Positions 62,028 through 64,000 of a stretch of DNA of 64,000 nt are shown in pieces. The stretch lies in the NCBI GenBank assembly GCA_051746405.1, contig JBNJFB010000006.1, positions 8,407-72,406 on the forward strand. The letters are read 5' to 3'. The notes beneath the pieces were generated by a model. That model saw nothing but the letters and a program-made list of their open reading frames with translations. It was not told the DNA's origin and did not search any database. A program made the translations under genes and the position numbers. Position 1 is the first letter of the stretch, and each line of letters begins with the position of its first letter. Source of the stretch: Campylobacterota bacterium. GTDB lineage: Bacteria; Campylobacterota; Campylobacteria; Campylobacterales; Arcobacteraceae.

Positions 62028-62474
62028 TTATACAACATCAACTTCCCAAAAGAAATCAATCCATTGTTTAGCTTCTCTTACCGTATAATCAGGTTGTAAA
62101 ACAGCACTTTTCTTATAAAAAATAGTTGCAAGTCTAAAATCAACACCTGGAAACTTCTGCTTTAAAATCTTAAATATTTCACGCATAGTCTCACCTGAAT
62201 CAACAATATCATCTATAATAAGTACTCTTTTAGCATGGGATAAATCAGGTATATTAAATATATTAAAAGTATCTAATTTTAAATCACCTTCATAGTGAAT
62301 AGAGTTTAATGAGTACAAATTTCTCATATCTAAAGCTTGTGCCATTAAATGAGAAAGGGTCATACCACCCCTTGCAACTGCTAATAAAATATCAGGCTCA
62401 TAATCTCTACAACTATCAACTAACTTTTGTGTATCCTCTTTAAATAATTCATAACTATAATACAGTTTTTCCAA
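62028..62474 (-). CDS. type I phosphoribosyltransferase (purine salvage, Gpt-like)
   Basis: AVARGG, LIIDDIVDSGET and WIDFFWE. Confidence 0.85.
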   Translation of the reverse strand: MEKLYYSYELFKEDTQKLVDSCRDYEPDILLAVARGGMTLSHLMAQALDMRNLYSLNSIHYEGDLKLDTFNIFNIPDLSHAKRVLIIDDIVDSGETMREIFKILKQKFPGVDFRLATIFYKKSAVLQPDYTVREAKQWIDFFWEVDVV

Positions 62475-62483
62475 AAAATATCC

Positions 62484-63776
62484 TTATAAAATAAATGCTA
62501 ATGCACTAATAAATGTAATAACTATAATTCCAAGATTTAAATCTTTAAACTCTCTTTTACCAATTTTAATTAACGTATAGACTAAAAAACCAGCTGCAAT
62601 TCCATTTGTAATTGAAAAAGTAAGTGGCATTAGGATTACAATTAAAAAAGCTCCTGCACTAGTTGCTAAATCAGACTTCTCAAAATTAATTTTACCTAAT
62701 TCTGTAAACATCAATACACCTACAACAACTAAAACAGGATAAATTGCATTTGAAGGAATTGATTTAAAAATAGGTAACATAAACAAAGTAGTAATAAAAA
62801 ATAGTGCAGTAAATACAGCAGTTAAACCTGTTCGACCACCCTCTTCAACACCTGATGCACTCTCAACAAATGCAGTTGTAGTAGAAACACCAAACAAACT
62901 ACCAAGTGTAGTAGCAGTAGCATCAGCTTCTAATGTTTTTTGTAAAGATTTGTCATTTTTATCACTCTCTTGAAATAGCTTAGCCCTAGTTCCTACACCT
63001 GTTAAAGTACCTAAAGTATCAAACATATCTGTAATTAAAAAAGTTAAAATTACAGGAAGTAGTGAAAAAGTTAGAGCACTTAAAATATCAAGCTTAAAAA
63101 ATATAGGTTCAATAGAAGCAGGTGCAGATACAATTGAAGTTGGAGTAGGTGCAATTCCAAATGACCATCCTACAACTGATGTAATTACAATAGATAGTAT
63201 AAATGCAGCTTTAAGTTTATACGCATAAAATAAAAAGGCTAAACATAGTCCTAATACACCCAATAAAACATTTGGTTCAGAAAAATCTCCAAGTGAAACT
63301 AATGTAGCTTCATTAGCACGAATCATACCCATTTGCTTTAATCCTATAAAAGCAATAAAAGAGCCAATCCCTGCACTTATTGCTCTTCTTAAACTCATTG
63401 GTATAGAGGTCATTATCCAAACTCTAAAATTGGTAAGTGATAACATCACAAATAAAATACCTGAGATAAATACTATACCTAAAGCTGTTTGCCAAGGCAT
63501 ATTCATACCAAGAACAAGACCATATGAAAAATACGCATTTAAACCCATTCCAACACTCATTGCAATAGGAGTATTTGACCATAATCCTGATAATAGTGTA
63601 GCAATAATAGTAATTAAAGCAGTTGCAGTTACAACAGCATCCATTGGTAGACCAGCATCTGCTAATATAAACCCATTTACAGGAACAATATACATCATAG
63701 TCAAAAATGTAGTAAATCCTGCAGAAAATTCAGTTGATATATTAGTATTATGCTGACTTAACTTAAAAAAGTTCAC
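62484..63776 (-). CDS. NCS2 purine permease (AzgA/PbuG-like)
   Basis: AGFTTFLTMMYI, GMGLNAYF, DMFDTLGT and ESASGVEEGGRTG. Confidence 0.92.
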   Translation of the reverse strand: MNFFKLSQHNTNISTEFSAGFTTFLTMMYIVPVNGFILADAGLPMDAVVTATALITIIATLLSGLWSNTPIAMSVGMGLNAYFSYGLVLGMNMPWQTALGIVFISGILFVMLSLTNFRVWIMTSIPMSLRRAISAGIGSFIAFIGLKQMGMIRANEATLVSLGDFSEPNVLLGVLGLCLAFLFYAYKLKAAFILSIVITSVVGWSFGIAPTPTSIVSAPASIEPIFFKLDILSALTFSLLPVILTFLITDMFDTLGTLTGVGTRAKLFQESDKNDKSLQKTLEADATATTLGSLFGVSTTTAFVESASGVEEGGRTGLTAVFTALFFITTLFMLPIFKSIPSNAIYPVLVVVGVLMFTELGKINFEKSDLATSAGAFLIVILMPLTFSITNGIAAGFLVYTLIKIGKREFKDLNLGIIVITFISALAFIL

Positions 63777-63900
63777 AACCTAGTCCTTATTTTAATTTTT
63801 AAGGGCGAATTATACTAAAATATTAGTAAAATATAATATAAAAAGCTAGCATTATTAAAAAAAGTTATAAATTTTGAAATATAAGAAGAGTAAACTAGAC

Positions 63901-63951
63901 AAAAAAAAAGCCAAACCTGAATCAACTGCTTGGTTGACTAAGGTTTGGCTT
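63901..63951 (-). terminator. intrinsic terminator of the rRNA transcript
   Basis: AAGCCAAACCT...AGGTTTGGCTT long hairpin with an A9 run (U tract on the minus strand) just past the 5S 3' end. Confidence 0.8.
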
Positions 63952-63966
63952 AATAAAATACTCAGA

Positions 63967-64000
63967 AGCTGGCAGCGGCCTACGTTTCCACAAGTGAAAC
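63967..64000 (-). rRNA. rrf: 5S rRNA, 3' end (partial)
   Basis: Minus strand reads ...TGTGGAAACGTAGGCCGCTGCCAGCT, matching the conserved 5S 3' end (GTAGG.CGCTGCCAG). Local GC is high and a terminator follows. Confidence 0.8.

Noticed and set aside
22..63756. Many short ORFs in the track lying antisense to or in alternate frames of long genes (e.g. 22..261, 3321..3614, 14839..15072, 28942..29313, 58152..58520, 63430..63756)
   Set aside because: They are shadows of well-supported genes, with no recognisable motifs or independent RBS evidence.
1..64000. CRISPR array, IS element, integrase, prophage or tRNA gene
   Set aside because: No regularly spaced repeats, transposase or integrase ORFs, phage genes or tRNA cloverleafs were seen by eye.

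Overview
AT-rich chromosomal window from a Campylobacterota bacterium, most likely Arcobacteraceae. This assignment is inferred from the oorDABC cluster, the pyrD-M16-dapA-fabL-pgsA-rseP-yggS block, a desulforubrerythrin, a NavAb-like channel and Cache-domain kinases. Most genes are housekeeping or sulfur/redox genes: fccAB, tsdA, a secreted DsrE protein, perR with desulforubrerythrin, and a truncated globin. The left edge is a defence island. Type I R-M genes hsdM-hsdS run directly, with 2-bp or overlapping junctions, into a Cap4/DUF4297-type nuclease with an ABC-three-component (Lamassu LmuA-like) C-terminus. After it begins an unannotated LmuC-like gene that runs off the window. The best reading is a Lamassu system nested in, or co-transcribed with, a type I R-M operon; lmuB and hsdR are predicted outside the window. 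Other notable items: a voltage-gated channel with a non-canonical acidic filter (TFEDWTD) in a tight DUF423-channel-atypical SDR operon; a stand-alone Cache sensor plus response regulator and kinase directly upstream of tsdA; a solute-binding protein paired with a diguanylate cyclase; and a GlnRS-YqeY fusion. The right edge holds the 3' end of a 5S rRNA and its terminator. All family assignments come from motif recognition, not database searches.
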